DNA of 64,000 bases, from assembly GCA_902802945.1 (NCBI GenBank), contig CADCOC010000010.1:1049-65048 (forward strand), given 5' to 3'. A program made the translations under genes and the position numbers. This stretch comes from an uncultured bacterium (lineage in GTDB: Bacteria; Verrucomicrobiota; Kiritimatiellia; RFP12; UBA1067). Under the pieces are notes generated by a model. The model saw only the letters and a program-made list of their open reading frames with translations, was not told the origin of the DNA and searched no databases. Below, one piece after another: positions 8,103 through 16,525 of the stretch. Within the stretch, counting starts at the first letter, position 1. Each line of letters begins with the position of its first letter.

Positions 8103-9539
8103 ATGAAAAAGAAGCATCTTGCGCATGTTGTTTCTGTTACAGTGTTTTCGGGGATTGTAGGTTGTAGCACGGTGACGATCAACAGTCAAACAGGAGGCGC
8201 CACAGTGCGCTGTGACGGTCAGTCGGGACCCGCTCCCATGCAGATTGAGACAACTTGGCTAGGATCGACCAAGCAGGTGATGGTCTCAAAGGAGGGCTAC
8301 GCCACGAAGACGATTTCCGTGAACTTCCATTCGCCGAAGATGGTCAACGTGTCGCTCGAGCGCAAGTTCAACGTGACGGCCAATCAGGAGGATGCTACCA
8401 TCTATGTTAACGGCTCTGCGCGCGGGAAGTCGCCGGCGAAGGGTGTTGCGATCAACGACAGCAATGGGTCGATGGTTTCCGCGAAGAAGAAGGGGTGGCT
8501 AGAGGCGAAGGTGAAGGTGACGCCCGAGACGCCTACGGACATTGAGCTCGTCATGGAGCAGGACGGTTCGGGTCGGCGTTTGCTGAACCTCATTCCCGGA
8601 CGCGATGGCGTGACGGTGAAAGCGACGCCCATCTTCTCGGATACGGACGTGGGCGAAGATTCCCCGAACGTGGCGCAGGTGCGCCGCCTCACGGCCCAGC
8701 CCCAGAACGAGTTCATACAGAACATGAGCCTGCTGCCTGACGGCAAGAGCCTCGCAACCTCCATTGTCGAAGAGTATGAGGAGAACGGAATCGTCCAGTA
8801 CCGGGCCAACCTCTGGGTCCTCGACTCGTCCATCGCCGGCGCGCCGCGCCGCGCCGCCACGACCGGCAACTTCTTCGACATCACGGCGAACGCCTCGGTG
8901 GACGGGAAGACGCTCTACTTCGCCTCGACGCGCAACGGGCGTCTCGCGATCTGGAGCCTCAACATGAAGACCATGAGCGGACTTCGCCTTCTCACGAACG
9001 CAAACACGGCCGACTACTCGCCGGCCATCAACCCCTCCGCGACGGAGCTGCTCTACACGGCCATCCTGCCCGGCGGCAACAATCCCGCATACCTCTGGTC
9101 GAAGCCGGCCGACGGCAACGGCATGCCCAGCCAGCTGCGCGAGGGTTACAACGCCGTGTGGAGCCCGGACGGCAAGAAGTGCCTCTACGTGAAGGGCTCC
9201 ATGGCGAAGAACCAGGCGAAGATCTGGGTAATGGACGCGAACGGCGGCAACCCCACGCAGCTCTCCACCGGCAACGGCAGCTACAACGACATCGACCCGC
9301 GCTGGTCCACCGACGGCAAGCGCATCGTGTTCGCGTCGAATCGCGGCACCGTGAAGGGTCGGCAGAACTACGACATCTGGATCATGGACGCCGACGGACA
9401 GCACATCACCCAGCTCACCACCAACAGCTCCTGCGACGACAAGCCCGTGTTCGCGCCGGACAACAAGACGGTGTTCTTTCGCTCTAACCGCGGCCTCGTG
9501 TGGGACATCTGGGTGATGCAGCTCAACGACGACAAGTAA
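8103..9539 (+). CDS. lipoprotein with a PEGA-like N-terminal domain and a TolB-like (PD40/WD40) beta-propeller
   Basis: Lipobox FSGIVGC. PD40-type repeats WSPDGKKCLYV, DPRWSTDGKRIVFASNRG and DKPVFAPDNKTVFFRSNRG. Confidence 0.75.
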   Translation: MKKKHLAHVVSVTVFSGIVGCSTVTINSQTGGATVRCDGQSGPAPMQIETTWLGSTKQVMVSKEGYATKTISVNFHSPKMVNVSLERKFNVTANQEDATIYVNGSARGKSPAKGVAINDSNGSMVSAKKKGWLEAKVKVTPETPTDIELVMEQDGSGRRLLNLIPGRDGVTVKATPIFSDTDVGEDSPNVAQVRRLTAQPQNEFIQNMSLLPDGKSLATSIVEEYEENGIVQYRANLWVLDSSIAGAPRRAATTGNFFDITANASVDGKTLYFASTRNGRLAIWSLNMKTMSGLRLLTNANTADYSPAINPSATELLYTAILPGGNNPAYLWSKPADGNGMPSQLREGYNAVWSPDGKKCLYVKGSMAKNQAKIWVMDANGGNPTQLSTGNGSYNDIDPRWSTDGKRIVFASNRGTVKGRQNYDIWIMDADGQHITQLTTNSSCDDKPVFAPDNKTVFFRSNRGLVWDIWVMQLNDDK

Positions 9540-9560
9540 TAACGGGAGTAATTGTTCCCG

Positions 9561-11366
9561 ATGAAGAAGTCCTGTCAGTTCTCCCTCGCCGTATCCGCGC
9601 TGGCCGCCCTCCTCATCACGGGCTGCGAGTCGATCGACACCTCCCTGTTCGGAGGTTCCTTCGGGCGCAACTCCACGGCGATGACGGCCGGCGGCGCCGT
9701 GGCCGGGCAGGACTACGTGATCGGCCTCAAGCCGAGCGAGGCGGCGCAGCAGTACTTCGCGTCCGCCTCGGCCTCCGACGCCAAGACGGTCACCGTGACG
9801 CCCGGCGACGACAAGGGGACGGGCGTCACGTGGACGGACGACGGCGGCATCACGATCCCTCCGGGCGTGACGATCGAGTTCGTGAACAAGGGCTACTGTC
9901 TCGATCCGCACCTCCCCGCCCCGAAGGCGGACGAGGAGATGCAGTTCATCAAGACATCCTGCCTGATCCCCACGCAGCTGCAGGGGACGTACAAAAACCT
10001 TCTGCGCCGCGCGGCGGCGGGCGACGAGGACGTGAAGAGCAACCTCCAGCACCTCATGTGGACGCTCCGCACGGCGGGCAGCAACGACGCCTACGCGAAG
10101 AACCTCACCGACCGCCAGCGCGAGATCCTCGCCGAGTGCGCCGAGGCCGGATCCTTCGACGGCTACTGCCAGGACCTGCACCGCTTCGACGAGTTGAAGA
10201 AACTCGCCATGGCACAAGTTGGTCAAGTGACCGACAAGCTTCAGGTCGAAATCGGCAACGTCACGTACAAGGTCTCGGACCTCCTCGACCCCGAGCTCGG
10301 CAAGCAGAAGGTGGCCGCGCACCTCGGCGAACTCATCCACATGAACGAGTACCTGCCCGTGGTGCACTCCGGCTTCAATTTTGGTGAACTGCAGAAGGGC
10401 ATCTACACGGACATCAAGGGCAACGGCACGCTCTCGTTCAAGGCGAAGGTCGCCAACTCCACCTCCGAGCCGTTCGTGTTCTACCCGATGGACTACGTCG
10501 CCCAGGTCGGCAGCGGCCAGAATATGCAAGGTGCCTTCTTCGCCGCCGCCGACAGCACAATGCGGCAGAGGACGACTAATGGTGAGCATAATAAAGTTGA
10601 AGTCGAAGAAGTTAAAAAACCATGTAATCATGTTTGGAGTGTCGCAAAAGTACCGGGAGATGAATACCAGAAGCGGCGAGGATTGAGAAAGGAATTTCAA
10701 AACGACATTGATAGTGCTCGACAAGATTTAATTAATCGCTTTCGAGAAACGATAACAGATGATGGCTTGGAACATGGGGCTTTGATTTATTATGAAGAGG
10801 GAGTGATTAAAGTCTCTGATTTCATTGACGGGAACAGGGACTGGGAAGTTCGGTTGATGTGGCCTATGGGTATGCTTACTGATTATGTCCAGCGAATTAC
10901 AATGCGAAATGGTAAATATTACGCATATAAGGGGCACACGGGGGAAATTGAAAAAGAAGTGCCGTCAATGTATGGGGATTATGCAAATAACATTTGGTAT
11001 ACTGTGGAAGAATCTGGATCATTTTCCCCAGGAGATGTAATTTCTGGCGTGATGAGAAATCATCCAAACGCAATTCCTCTTGAAATAGTGCATTCTCACC
11101 CTGGTAATAGGTTGTTAGGTAAAGTTGGAAATGGCTTTAGTGGTTCTGATATTTTGTTTGCTGATGAAATGGGAGTGAACATTTCTGTTATTTATAAGGA
11201 TTGGAGCAGTCTTTACAATGATGAAACATATTATCCTGATGGCAATGGTCAATATTCAAGTTTCTCAGAAGGTAAGAAAAAAGGACATTTAGATGATAGT
11301 GTCTCCGATGAGTTACTTCGGAAAATTATGAGGTATAGGTGTAAGAAATGTGGAGCAATACGATGA
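9561..11366 (+). CDS. lipoprotein of unknown function with a low-GC C-terminal JAB/MPN-like (DUF4329-like) domain
   Basis: ATG 9561 (MKKSCQF..LAALLITGC lipobox). C-terminal EHGALIYYEEG ... EIVHSHPGNRLLGKVGNGFSGSDILFA resembles the E / HxH / SxxD JAMM-type motif. The last ~270 codons are ~35-40% GC against ~65% upstream. Confidence 0.55.
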   Translation: MKKSCQFSLAVSALAALLITGCESIDTSLFGGSFGRNSTAMTAGGAVAGQDYVIGLKPSEAAQQYFASASASDAKTVTVTPGDDKGTGVTWTDDGGITIPPGVTIEFVNKGYCLDPHLPAPKADEEMQFIKTSCLIPTQLQGTYKNLLRRAAAGDEDVKSNLQHLMWTLRTAGSNDAYAKNLTDRQREILAECAEAGSFDGYCQDLHRFDELKKLAMAQVGQVTDKLQVEIGNVTYKVSDLLDPELGKQKVAAHLGELIHMNEYLPVVHSGFNFGELQKGIYTDIKGNGTLSFKAKVANSTSEPFVFYPMDYVAQVGSGQNMQGAFFAAADSTMRQRTTNGEHNKVEVEEVKKPCNHVWSVAKVPGDEYQKRRGLRKEFQNDIDSARQDLINRFRETITDDGLEHGALIYYEEGVIKVSDFIDGNRDWEVRLMWPMGMLTDYVQRITMRNGKYYAYKGHTGEIEKEVPSMYGDYANNIWYTVEESGSFSPGDVISGVMRNHPNAIPLEIVHSHPGNRLLGKVGNGFSGSDILFADEMGVNISVIYKDWSSLYNDETYYPDGNGQYSSFSEGKKKGHLDDSVSDELLRKIMRYRCKKCGAIR

Positions 11367-11977
11367 TAGTATGGTCTGCTAGAGTGTTTCTGTGTTGTAC
11401 ATTTTTTGGGCGCGTAGAAATTAATGCAGAGCAATTGTGTTTTATTAGAGATTTATTAGATCATAGCACCACCACATCGCATGAAGTTCGTGTTTTGACA
11501 GATTCAGCTGATATTAGTACGGTACATAATTGTAACGGTACAATCGTAATCGGCCAGTGGATGCGTGACATGTGCGAGAGCGAGGATGAGTTGGCGGCGA
11601 TTGTGATGCATGAGAAGGCGCATTTGGTTTTGAAACACGGAGAGAAGGCGTGGTACGAGAAGGTCGGCGGATGGTTTACGGGATGGTTCACGGATGAGTC
11701 GAAGCCGCGTTTTCGCGGGTCGCCGGATCCGAAGAGCGTTGCGCGAGAGAAAGAGGCGGACGAGAAGGGTTTGATGTTGATGGCAGAGGCAGTCTACGAT
11801 CCGCAGGCGGCGGTTGACTTCTGGACGCGCTACTACGAGCGCACCGGCTGGTGGGAAGGCGACGGCACGCACCCGAAGCCGCGTGAGCGGCTGGCGCACC
11901 TGAACGCCTTGATGCCCAAGGCGAAGGAATTGTACAGAGTGGCAAATAACAAGAAACAGAAAGAGAGTGCAAAATGA
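11348..11977 (+). CDS. short M48-family zinc metallopeptidase, probably with a chimeric N-terminus
   Basis: HExxH in AAIVMHEKAHLVLKHGE plus EKEADEKGLMLMAEAVYDPQAAVDFW. The first ~70 codons lie in the low-GC segment. Start may be 11348 or 11363. Confidence 0.6.
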   Translation: MWSNTMIVWSARVFLCCTFFGRVEINAEQLCFIRDLLDHSTTTSHEVRVLTDSADISTVHNCNGTIVIGQWMRDMCESEDELAAIVMHEKAHLVLKHGEKAWYEKVGGWFTGWFTDESKPRFRGSPDPKSVAREKEADEKGLMLMAEAVYDPQAAVDFWTRYYERTGWWEGDGTHPKPRERLAHLNALMPKAKELYRVANNKKQKESAK

Positions 11978-12873
11978 AGAATGTCAAGATCCGCGTGCTT
12001 CTGGCGCTGGTGGCGTTGCTGCTTGCGGTGACGGGCTGCCGCACCGTGCCGGTGTCGGGGCGTACGCAGTTTGTTGTGCTGACGGAGGGGTACGAGAACA
12101 ACCTCGGCGCGTCCAGCTACATGGAGTACAAGAACAAGTACAAGCCGACGTCCAACGAACGGCAGCAGGCCGTGCTGAAGCGCGTGGGGCAGGCGCTTGC
12201 GAAGGCTTCGGGGCAGACGAGATACGTCTGGGAGTTCAACGTGCTGGAGTCTCCCATCCAGAATGCGTTCTGTCTGCCGGGCGGCAAGGTGGCCGTGTAC
12301 AACGGGCTGATGAAGAAATTCAAGAACGAGGCGGAGTTGGCGTGTGTGGTGGCGCACGAGGTGGGCCATGCCATCGCGCGCCACGGTGGCGAGAGGATGT
12401 CGTGGGGCTACCTCAAGACAATCGGCTCGCTGGGGTTCTCGTTCGCCAACACGACGGCGCAGTCCGTATATGGAATCGGCTCGGAATACGGCGTGATGCT
12501 GCCGTTCAGCCGGAGCCACGAGACCGAGGCGGACCTGATTGGCTTGCAGCTGATGGCAAAGGCGGGATACGACCCGCAGGCGGCAATCGACTTCTGGCAG
12601 CATTTTGGATCGGGATCGAGCGACATCCTCTCCTCCATCACCTCCACGCATCCGTGCGATGCGGACCGGGTGGCGGAGTTGAGCGTTCAGCTCGACGTCG
12701 CGCGGATGCTCTATGACCAGTGCGTGGAGAAACGCGGGCTCGGCGTTCGCTTTAAAGACGGCGTGCCTGAGGGGGACGAGGGAACGAAGCAGCCCCCGTC
12801 GACGTCGGCGCCGACCAAGGCGCCGACCAAGGCCAAGCCAGTACCGGAGCCGGAAATAGACGTGGTCATCTGA
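11974..12873 (+). CDS. M48-family zinc metallopeptidase lipoprotein
   Basis: Lipobox LLAVTGC. Motifs VVAHEVGHAIARHGGE and HETEADLIGLQLMAKAGYDPQAAIDFWQHF. ATGA overlap with the upstream gene. Confidence 0.85.
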   Translation: MKNVKIRVLLALVALLLAVTGCRTVPVSGRTQFVVLTEGYENNLGASSYMEYKNKYKPTSNERQQAVLKRVGQALAKASGQTRYVWEFNVLESPIQNAFCLPGGKVAVYNGLMKKFKNEAELACVVAHEVGHAIARHGGERMSWGYLKTIGSLGFSFANTTAQSVYGIGSEYGVMLPFSRSHETEADLIGLQLMAKAGYDPQAAIDFWQHFGSGSSDILSSITSTHPCDADRVAELSVQLDVARMLYDQCVEKRGLGVRFKDGVPEGDEGTKQPPSTSAPTKAPTKAKPVPEPEIDVVI

Positions 12874-12908
12874 TTTTTTGCTAAACGAAAAAAGAAAGGA
12901 AAAAGAAA

Positions 12909-13307
12909 ATGAAAGTTGTGAAGACGCTGTTGTGCATGCTGTGCATGTCAGTGCTGTGCGGTTGTGCCTTGTTTGGAGGTCGCCGCGGCGAGGAGATTCA
13001 GCCGATTGAGAATTGCCCAGTGACAATCTTTGGCGGGCAGTCCATGAAAGAAGTTGTCATGCGAGCGGCCCACCAAAAGCTGTGGTCGCCGCAGCCGATC
13101 GACGATGGCACGGTGCGTTGCACGCTTAACCTTCGCGGCCATCAGGTGGTCGTTGACGTGGTGTACACGGACTCCACGTTCTCGATCAATTACGTCTCCA
13201 GCGCGAACATGAACTACGACCCCACGCTGAACACGATCAATCCCAAATACAACCAGTGGGTGCGCAATCTTCAGCGCGAGATCATCGGACAGGGACTGAA
13301 GCGGTAA
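12909..13307 (+). CDS. small lipoprotein, unknown function
   Basis: Signal plus lipobox MSVLCGC. Coding-like composition. 132 aa. Confidence 0.6.
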   Translation: MKVVKTLLCMLCMSVLCGCALFGGRRGEEIQPIENCPVTIFGGQSMKEVVMRAAHQKLWSPQPIDDGTVRCTLNLRGHQVVVDVVYTDSTFSINYVSSANMNYDPTLNTINPKYNQWVRNLQREIIGQGLKR

Positions 13308-13410
13308 AAGAAAATCCGCCAGAGCAACTTTTTTTGGTGGAACGTGTCAGACGGCGCGTCTATCCGTTCCTAACCAATCATAAACCCTAAAAGAAAAAAG
13401 AGGTGACAAC

Positions 13411-13869
13411 ATGAAGATCAACAAGATTCTCATTGCGGCGGTTGCCGCAGTTGCATGCGTGAGCATGGCGTCGGCAGGTCTCGGCGCACGTCCATGCGGT
13501 GGCGGTTTCCGCGGCGGGCACCACGCCTTCCGCGGCCATTGCGGCGGCTGGGGCGGTCATCGTGGCGGCTGGGGCCACCACGGCGGCTGGCATCATGGCG
13601 GACACCATGGCGGCTGGGGACGCGGCTGGGGCTGGGGCCTTGGCGGTTTCGCGGCCGGTTGCGTGACCGGGGCGCTCTGGAACCGCGGCTACTATTCGCC
13701 CTACTACTCCACACCCGTCTATACGACGCCCGTGTACACGGCTCCTACGGTTGTGACCCCCACGGTCGTGACACCGACGGTGGTTACTCCGACGGTTGTG
13801 ACACCAACGGTGCAGACGGTAGTGGCGCCGACGACATACACGGCTCCTGTTGTCTATCGTTCCTGGTAA
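13411..13869 (+). CDS. secreted Gly/His/Trp-rich low-complexity protein with a PTVVT tandem repeat
   Basis: Signal peptide MKINKILIAAVAAVACVSMASA, then GGHRGGWGHHGGWHHGGHHGGWGRGWGWG, then PTVVT x4. Confidence 0.55.
   Translation: MKINKILIAAVAAVACVSMASAGLGARPCGGGFRGGHHAFRGHCGGWGGHRGGWGHHGGWHHGGHHGGWGRGWGWGLGGFAAGCVTGALWNRGYYSPYYSTPVYTTPVYTAPTVVTPTVVTPTVVTPTVVTPTVQTVVAPTTYTAPVVYRSW
13744..13818 (+). repeat. 15-nt coding tandem repeat (5 units, PTVVT/PTVQT)
   Basis: Units read cct acg gtt gtg acc / ccc acg gtc gtg aca / ccg acg gtg gtt act / ccg acg gtt gtg aca / cca acg gtg cag acg. Confidence 0.85.
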
Positions 13870-13930
13870 GTTTTGGGTTGCCTTCGGCCGTTTTTTTCGG
13901 TAAACTAACTCCAAACAACCCATAGGAGTA

Positions 13931-14404
13931 ATGTTTATGAAGAAAATGATTGTGTTCGCTGGGCTTATCGCCGCCTGTTCGGCGTCTGCTCAGTTTCTCC
14001 AGAACTTGACGCAGGCTCTTCTAGAGCCGGAGCCCGCCCCTGCCCCCGCGCAGCCCGTGCAGGTGGTCCAGCCGCAACCGGTCGTGCAGCAGCAGGTCGT
14101 GCAGCCCGTGCAGCAGGTCACGACCACTACGGTGCAGCCCGTGCAGCAGGTTACGACCACCACGGTGCAGCCCATGCAGCAGGTCACGACGACGACCGTT
14201 CAGCCTGCCCCTGTGGTCGCGCCTGCCCCCGTGGTGGTCGTCCCGCCGCCGCGTCCGGGGTGGCAGCCCTGCCCTCGCTGCGGGGGCCGTGGCAAGGAGG
14301 AGCACGCGATGGGCTTCAAGGTGAAGCGCTGCAAGCTCTGCGACGGCAAGGGCTTTCTGCCCCCGCCGCCTCCGCCCCGCCGCCACCACCATCGGCGGTA
14401 CTAA
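13931..14404 (+). CDS. secreted repeat protein with a C-terminal CxxCxGxG zinc-finger-like motif
   Basis: Signal peptide MKKMIVFAGLIAACSASA. VQPVQQVTTTT x3. CPRCGGRGKEEHAMGFKVKRCKLCDGKG resembles a DnaJ-type zinc finger. Confidence 0.6.
   Translation: MFMKKMIVFAGLIAACSASAQFLQNLTQALLEPEPAPAPAQPVQVVQPQPVVQQQVVQPVQQVTTTTVQPVQQVTTTTVQPMQQVTTTTVQPAPVVAPAPVVVVPPPRPGWQPCPRCGGRGKEEHAMGFKVKRCKLCDGKGFLPPPPPPRRHHHRRY
14099..14197 (+). repeat. 33-nt coding tandem repeat, 3 units
   Basis: GTGCAGCCCGTGCAGCAGGTCACGACCACTACG is repeated three times with a few substitutions. Confidence 0.85.
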
Positions 14405-14434
14405 GCCGGATCGGCACTTCTGGGCCGAAAAACG

Positions 14435-14471
14435 CGCCTGCGGGAAATCTCCCGCAGGCGTCCGTTTTTTT
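14435..14471 (+). terminator. Rho-independent terminator
   Basis: Perfect 11-bp stem CGCCTGCGGGA / TCCCGCAGGCG, 4-nt loop AATC, then TCCG plus T7. Lies directly after the stop at 14404. Confidence 0.7.
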
Positions 14472-14479
14472 GCTATAAT
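14471..14479 (+). promoter_or_regulatory. extended -10 box TGcTATAAT upstream of the topoisomerase gene
   Basis: Sequence tgctataat, 43 nt upstream of ATG 14523. Confidence 0.45.
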
Positions 14480-14522
14480 ACACGCTCATTTCAAACCAAA
14501 AGATTTCAGGATTCATCTGTTC

Positions 14523-16367
14523 ATGGCAGCATCAAGCTACGACGACAAAAACATAACGACCCTCGACTGGGTCGAGCATATCCGCAAGCGCCCCGGCATG
14601 TACATCGGGGACATCGGCAACGGCAGCGGCTACCACGACTGCGTCTACATCCTCATGAAGGAGGTGATCGACAACGCCGTGGACGAGTTCGTGATGGGCT
14701 ACGGCCGGCAGATCGACGTGACCGTCAACTTCGAGACGGGCGAGACGACCGTGCGCGACTACGGACGCGGCATCCCGCTCGGCAAGGTGGTCGAGTGCGT
14801 GAGCGAGATGAACACCGGCGGCAAGTTCGACTCCGACGCCTTCCAGTTCTCCGCCGGCATGAACGGCGTGGGCACGAAGGCCGTGAACGCCCTTTCGAGC
14901 GAGTTCGAGGTGCGCGCGTTCCGCGAGGGCGAGTTCTCCGAGGCGTTCTTCCGTGAGGGGAAGCTCGTCTCGAAGAAGCGCGGCAGGTGCAAGGAGGCGA
15001 ACGTCCGCAACGGTACCTACGTGCGCTATGTCCCCGACGTGAACGTGCTCCGCAAGTTCAAGGTGCGCGAGGAGTACGTCGAGCGCCGCATGAAGATGTA
15101 CTGCTACGTGAACGCCGGCCTCACGATCAACCTCAACGGCAAGAAGATCCAGTCGTCCGAGGGCCTTGCGGACCTCATCGCCGACGAGGCGCAGTTCGAG
15201 AAGCTCTACCAGCCGTTCCACTACCGCACGAAGATGATGGAGATCATCTTCACCCACACGAACCGCTTCTCCGAGGAGTACTACACGTTCGTCAACGGAC
15301 AGTACACCACCGAGGGCGGCACCCACCTCACCGCCTTCAAGGAGGCGCTCACGAAGGCCGTCAACGACTACGACTCCAAGAAGAAGTTCGACGGCGACGA
15401 CGTGCGCGAGGGCCTGCTCGGGTGCGTGGCGATCCGCATGAAGGACCCCGTGTTCGACGGGCAGACGAAGACGAAGCTCGGCAACGGCGAACTCCGCAGC
15501 GAGTTCGTGGCGCAGATGAAGAAGGCCATCGAGGAGATGCTCCACCGCGCCCCCGCCGAGACGGACAAGCTCATCGCCAAGATCGAGGAGACTACGAAGC
15601 TCCGCAGCCAGCTCAACACGATCAAGAAGCAGAGCCGCGAACGTGCGGCAGCAGTCTCCGTACGCGTGCCGCAGCTCAAGGACTGCAAGGAGCACCTGCG
15701 CCTCGACAAGAAGGGCGACAAGAAGGGCTGGGGCGAGGACACGATGATCTTCCTCACCGAGGGCAAGTCCGCAGGCGGTACCCTCGGCACCGCGCGCGAC
15801 GCCGTGAAACAGGCCGTGTTCTGCCTGCGCGGTAAGCCCCTCAACACCTGCGGCGAGAACCGCGACATGCTCTACCGCAACGAGGAGTTCTACAACCTCA
15901 TCAAGACGCTCGACGTGGAGGACTCCATCGAGCGCCTCCGCTACGGCAAGATCATCTTCGCCACCGATGCCGATGTGGACGGCCTCCACATCCGCAACCT
16001 GCTCATCACGTTCTTCATGCGCTTCTACAAACAGCTCGTCACCGACGGACGCGTGTTCGTGCTCGAGACGCCCCTCTTCCGCGTGCGCAACAAGAAGGAA
16101 CAGCACTACTGCTTCACCGAGGAGGAGCGCGTGAAGGCCATCGCGAAGTGTGGACAGGGCTGCGAGATCACCCGCTTCAAGGGACTCGGCGAACTGAACG
16201 CCAAGGAGTTCAAGGAGTTCATCGGGCCCGACATGCGCCTCACGCCCGTCTCCTGCCTCGACGACACCGACATCGACAAGACGATCAAGTTCTACATGGG
16301 CGCCAATACGCCCGACCGCAAGGACTACATCATGGACAACCTCGTCTGCGATTCGAGCGAATTCTGA
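14523..16367 (+). CDS. parE: type IIA DNA topoisomerase subunit B (topoisomerase IV ParE-like; GyrB not excluded)
   Basis: Motifs LDWVEHIRKRPGMYIGD, LTEGKSAGGT, CLRGKPLN and IIFATDADVDGLHIRNL (Toprim). 614 aa fits the short ParE type. Confidence 0.85.
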   Translation: MAASSYDDKNITTLDWVEHIRKRPGMYIGDIGNGSGYHDCVYILMKEVIDNAVDEFVMGYGRQIDVTVNFETGETTVRDYGRGIPLGKVVECVSEMNTGGKFDSDAFQFSAGMNGVGTKAVNALSSEFEVRAFREGEFSEAFFREGKLVSKKRGRCKEANVRNGTYVRYVPDVNVLRKFKVREEYVERRMKMYCYVNAGLTINLNGKKIQSSEGLADLIADEAQFEKLYQPFHYRTKMMEIIFTHTNRFSEEYYTFVNGQYTTEGGTHLTAFKEALTKAVNDYDSKKKFDGDDVREGLLGCVAIRMKDPVFDGQTKTKLGNGELRSEFVAQMKKAIEEMLHRAPAETDKLIAKIEETTKLRSQLNTIKKQSRERAAAVSVRVPQLKDCKEHLRLDKKGDKKGWGEDTMIFLTEGKSAGGTLGTARDAVKQAVFCLRGKPLNTCGENRDMLYRNEEFYNLIKTLDVEDSIERLRYGKIIFATDADVDGLHIRNLLITFFMRFYKQLVTDGRVFVLETPLFRVRNKKEQHYCFTEEERVKAIAKCGQGCEITRFKGLGELNAKEFKEFIGPDMRLTPVSCLDDTDIDKTIKFYMGANTPDRKDYIMDNLVCDSSEF

Positions 16368-16387
16368 AGAGAGAATGATAACATGAA

Positions 16388-16503
16388 TATTGTTCACAAA
16401 TCGCAATTGTCACAATTGTTCACAAATCACAAATGGCAAATGAAATCACATTTGTATTTGTGGCAATTGTGCCATTTGTGAACAATTGAGATTTGTGAAC
16501 AAT
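16388..16503. repeat. AT-rich inverted-repeat element, copy 1 (MITE/REP-like)
   Basis: Two forward ATTGTTCACAAAT boxes and two reverse ATTTGTGAACAAT boxes around a CACAAAT/ATTTGTG-rich core. The left arm ATTGTTCACAAATCGCAATTGTCACAATTGTTCACAAAT equals the reverse complement of the right arm of the copy at 43908-44024, except for 1 nt. Confidence 0.85.
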
Positions 16504-16525
16504 CAAATAGGTAAAGGAAAAGAAA

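Noticed and set aside
8499-10724. 741-aa minus-strand ORF. Similar very long antisense ORFs occur at 14532-16406, 23319-25037, 26273-27457, 35544-37787, 40900-41880 and 51084-52676.
   Set aside because: These are shadow ORFs typical of high-GC DNA. Their translations are Arg/Ala/Val/His/Gly-rich with no motifs. The + strand at the same coordinates encodes proteins with clear family signatures (TolB-like, topoisomerase, methyltransferase, GlgP, kinase, oxidoreductase).
13878-13898. Possible terminator (gccttcggccgttttttt) after the gene ending at 13869
   Set aside because: Only a 3-bp GCC/GGC stem can be drawn before the T-run, which is too weak to call.
13387-13923. 178-aa minus-strand ORF opposite the Gly/His/Trp-rich gene
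   Set aside because: The + strand ORF has a proper signal peptide and a purine-rich initiation region. The minus ORF is an Arg/His-rich mirror of the repeat.
16388-16503. Reading the TGTGA/TCACA-rich element as CRP-type operators or as a tRNA/ncRNA gene
   Set aside because: The TGTGA and TCACA pentamers are mostly in direct orientation, not the inverted N6-spaced orientation of CRP sites. There is no tRNA cloverleaf or T-loop (GTTCRANYC). A repeat-element interpretation fits better.
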